From: Nemertoderma westbladi
Taxonomy: Eukaryota; Animalia; Xenacoelomorpha
DNA: 40,444 bases
Assembly (NCBI GenBank): GCA_032718475.1
Contig: JAUCBJ010000694.1
Span: 1-40,444, forward strand
Direction: 5' to 3'
Shown: positions 36,454-40,444 of the stretch, one piece after another
Position numbering within the stretch: the first letter of the stretch is position 1
Layout of the letters: each line of letters opens with the position of its first letter
The notes under the pieces: model-generated
What the model saw: the letters and a program-made list of their open reading frames with translations, nothing else
Database searches by the model: none
What the model was told of the DNA's origin: nothing
Translations under genes and position numbers: made by a program

Positions 36454-39400
36454 CTGTTAGTAGAACAGGAGTCATTCACTATTGAGTTAATAGTTCAGTG
36501 TAAGTAACAATAAACTACTGTAAACATTACCCTCCATCACTGTTAGTAGAACAGGAGTCATTCACTATTGAGTTAATAGTTCAGTGTAAGTAACAATAAA
36601 CTACTGTAAATATTACCCTCCATCACTGTTAGTAGAACAGGAGTCATTCACTATTGAGTTAATAGTTCAGTGTAAGTAACAATAAACTACTGTAAATATT
36701 ACCCTCCATCACTGTTAGTAGAACAGGAGTCATTCACTATTGAGTTAATAGTTCAGTGTAAGTAACAATAAACTACTGTAAATATTACCCTACATCACTG
36801 TTAGTAGAACAGGAGTCATTCACTATTGAGTTAATAGTTCAGTGTAAGTAACAATAAACTACTGTAAATATTACCCTCCATCACTGTTAGTAGAACAGGA
36901 GTCATTCACTATTGAGTTAATAGTTCAGTGTAAGTGACAATAAACTACTGTAAATATTACCTTACATCACTGTTAGTAGAACAGGAGTCATTCACTATTG
37001 AGTTAATAGTTCAGTGTAAGTAACAATAAACTACTGTAAATATTACCCTCCATCACTGTTAGTAGAACAGGAGTCATTCACTATTGAGTTAATAGTTCAG
37101 TGTAAGTAACAATAAACTACTGTAAATATTACCCTCCATCACTGTTAGTAGAACAGGAGTCATTCACTATTGAGTTAATAGTTCAGTGTAAGTATCAATA
37201 AACTACTGTAAATATTACCCTCCATCACCGTTAGTAGAACAGGAGTCATTCACTATTGAGTTAATAGTTCTGTGTAAGTAACAATAAACTACTGTAAATA
37301 TTACTCTCCATCACTGTTAGTAGAACAGGAGTCATTCACTATTGAGTTAATAGTTCAGTGTAAGTAACAATAAACTACTGTAAATATTACTCTCCATCAC
37401 TGTTAGTAGAACAGGAGTCATTCACTATTGAGTTAATAGTTCAGTGTAAGTAACAATAAACTGCTGTAAATATTACCCTCCATCACTGTTAGTAGAACAG
37501 GAGTCATTCACTATTGAGTTAATAGTTCAATGTAAGTAACAATAAACTACTGTAAATATTACCCTCCATCACTGTTAGTAGAACAGGAGTCATTCACTAT
37601 TGAATTAATAGTTCAGTGTAAGTAACAATAAACTACAGTAAATATTACCCTCCATCACTGTTAGTAGAACAGGAGTCATTCACTATTGAGTTAATAGTTC
37701 AGTGTAAGTAACAATAAACTACTGTAAATATTACCCTCCATCACTGTTAGTAGAACAGGAGTCATTCACTATTGAGTTAATAGTTCAGTGTAAGTAACAA
37801 TAAACTACTGTAAATATTACCCTCCATCACTGTTAGTAGAACAGGAGTCATTCACTATTGAGTTAATAGTTCAGTGTACGTATCAATAAACTAGTGTAAA
37901 TATTAACCTCCATCACTGTTAGTAGAACAGGAGTCATTCACTATTGAGTTAATAGTTCAGTGTAAGTAACAATAAACTACTGTAAATATTACCCTCCATC
38001 ACTGTTAGTAGAACAGGAGTCATTCACTATTGAGTTAATAGTTCCAGTGTAAGTAACAATAAACTAATGTAAATATTACCCTCCATCACTGTTAGTAGAA
38101 CAGGAGTCATTCACTATTGAATTAATAGTTCAGTGTAAGTAACAATAAACTACAGTAAATATTACCCTCCATCACTGTTAGTAGAACAGGAGTCATTCAC
38201 TATTGAGTTAATAGTTCAGTGTAAGTAACAATAAACTACTGTAAATATTACCCTCCATCACTGTTAGTAGAACAGGAGTCATTCACTATTGAGTTAATAG
38301 TTCAGTGTAAGTAACAATAAACTACTGTAAATATTACCCTCCATCACTGTTAGTAGAACAGGAGTCATTCACTATTGAGTTAATAGTTCAGTGTACGTAT
38401 CAATAAACTAGTGTAAATATTAACCTCCATCACTGTTAGTAGAACAGGAGTCATTCACTATTGAGTTAATAGTTCAGTGTAAGTAACAATAAACTACTGT
38501 AAATATTACCCTCCATCACTGTTAGTAGAACAGGAGTCATTCACTATTGAGTTAATAGTTCAGTGTAAGTAACAATAAACTACTGTAAATATTACCCTCC
38601 ATCACTGTTAGTAGAACAGGAGTCATTCACTATTGAGTTAATAGTTCCAGTGTAAGTAACAATAAACTAATGTAAATATTACCCTCCATCACTGTTAGTA
38701 GAACATGAGTCATTCACTATTGAGTTAATAGTTCAGTGTAAGTAACAATAAACTACTGTAAATATTACCCTCCATCACTGTTAGTAGAACAGGAGTCATT
38801 CACTATTGAGTTAATAGTTCAGTGTAAGTAAGAATAAACTACTGTAAATATTACCCTATATGTATAATTCCATGTCAACGCTTCCACACAATATATTTAC
38901 AATTTTCATTTTTTTATTTAATTTTCAATTTTCATTGATGGGATTGGCGTAAGTTACCCAACCCCCGTCTCGTTTTGTTAAAACTTAATGTTTTGTGCAA
39001 CTTTGAGACGGTGAACTGAACTGCACAACCCAGACCAGGCATGTATAAGGATTCAATACAAACAAAACAAACAATACAAACTTCAGGTCATTAATTATGA
39101 ATCATATTAATGATATAATCTACATCAATACGACCAATAACGCAGTAACTGTTCCAGAATCTATAATAATAAGGGAATTGTTGTGGGGCGAGTGACGCGG
39201 TGAATCAAATATACAATGTAAATATGGAGAGCATTATCATATTGTCCCATTTACATTGTATATTCCAGAATCTGGCTACTTTAAGATTTTGCTGCTTGAT
39301 TGCAACATGATCAATGTCTAGATAAAATATCAAGCTCGAAGCTCGCAATGTTATAATTTACCATTTCCTTATTCAGTCGTGTTTGGACTATTGATAGCTT

Positions 39401-39512
39401 CCCGACTCTGATTACAAGGTTCCACCTTGGTGTAGTCGTGTAGTGGTTGCATTGAATTCACATCTCCCACATAATAAATATAATTACAATACAAACATAT
39501 TTTTTTCTTTAG

Positions 39513-40139
39513 ACAAACCACATTGGATTCACAATAATACAATAGAGCGAACTGTTACAGGAGTTCTTGGGAAGGAGGTTAACCTAACATGTACAATGGA
39601 AAGTTATCCAGCTGTTATTGAATCGAGTTATTATTGGCTTAGTGGAGTTGACGTAAATAAGAAGCTGCCCGATGGTGATAAATATAGGACATCAGTTGTA
39701 GTGGAGAACTCTGAGTATAAAAGTACAGCTGTTTTAAGGCTAACTATATATAATGTAACGAGAGATGATCTTAATCCAACCTACTTTGGGAGGGTTGGAA
39801 ATGGTATCCCTAGGAGTAATACTGAGGTTGAATGTGACGTTAACTTAGATGCTGAAGGACCTCCACATATGCCGACTGGAGTTAAAGTAGAAGCTGTTGA
39901 CTCTTCTAGTGTAAAAGTTAGTTGGACACCAGGATTCGATGGTGGATCTAATCAATGGTTTAGAGTTGAGTACACCAATAGTAACCAAAAAATTGATTCT
40001 AAAACAACAGGAAAAACAAATGATTCAACTATAATCGTCCCAGAATTACCCAATGAACGTCATTATTTCTCTGTGGTGGCCTGTAATAAGCACGGTTGTC
40101 AGGATCCAACTCCTGTAATAGAAGGTGAACCAACAACAG
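39513..40139 (+). CDS. Next coding exon of the same gene: Ig domain + fibronectin type III domain
   Basis: Acceptor ttttttctttAG (39511-39512) and donor ACAG|GTAAGA (40140), both phase 1. Joining to 8914 gives VQ-Y-KP, a typical Ig linker. VNLTC…SYP…W Ig motif; VSWTPGFDGGSNQWF is a nephrin-type FN3 motif. Confidence 0.88.
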
Positions 40140-40444
40140 GTAAGATTTAATATGTTAACTTTTATACAATCTTGGGTTGAACAAAGTATATTTTTTTTTT
40201 ACATAATAATAAAAAAACATACATTATTTTATTTGCTTGATATTGATTGGTCTGTCAAAAATGTACTTCGTTCAACTCTAAATTATATTCAAGAGACCGG
40301 ATCATGCTTAACATGGTTGCTTAAATTATTATTATTATTAATTTTAATCCAGATAATGTACGTAAGACAATGTGTATTTTTCTTTTCTATATTTCATATT
40401 TCCTTTCCGTATCTACGTAGCTACATTCGTTTGATCTTATTACT

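Larger units (their letters stand above)
8884..38857 (+). repeat. 86-bp tandem satellite derived from the exon/intron junction, in five blocks (8884-10153, 11248-12878, 19141-24249, 31517-35357, 36454-38857), ~165 units
   Basis: Unit GAGTCATTCACTATTGAGTTAATAGTTCAGT-GTAAGTAACAATAAACTACTGTAAATATTACCCTCCATCACTGTTAGTAGAACAG; period 86 (donors at 8915, 9001…); ~14.2 kb in total. Confidence 0.98.
8915..39512 (+). other. 30.6-kb GT-AG phase-1 intron filled by satellite and transposable elements
   Basis: GTAAGT start, polypyrimidine tract + AG end, and in-frame joining of the flanking exons. Confidence 0.75.

Noticed and set aside
8884-38857. 86-bp array as a CRISPR array
   Set aside because: Head-to-tail units with no unique spacers, no cas genes, and a eukaryotic intron context.
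39443-39512. ORF-track N-terminal extension of the Ig/FN3 ORF
   Set aside because: Intronic; it contains the polypyrimidine tract and the AG acceptor.

Overview
Animal (probably invertebrate) genomic DNA, AT-rich and dense in transposable elements. The host gene is a + strand immunoglobulin-superfamily gene, nephrin/sidestep-like. Two of its exons are visible, 8330-8914 (Ig) and 39513-40139 (Ig+FN3), and they splice in frame (…ELIVQ-Y-KPHW…) across a 30.6-kb phase-1 intron. Most of that intron is explained by an 86-bp satellite (~165 copies, ~14 kb) whose monomer is a copy of the gene's own exon/intron junction. Each unit carries the last 31 exon bases, a consensus GTAAGT donor and tandem AG acceptors, one of which defines an in-frame 39-nt micro-exon. 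The array is interrupted by antisense insertions: two copies of one 5'-truncated CR1-like LINE, a full-length RTE-X-like LINE whose ORF1 is split by a CMC/EnSpm-type non-autonomous DNA transposon, and a young non-autonomous BEL/Pao-like LTR element. The LTR element has identical-looking LTRs, no pol, no TGG primer-binding site and an array of short hairpins. The first 8 kb hold nested or decayed RTE-X-like and RTE LINEs plus an acidic/C2H2 ORF remnant.
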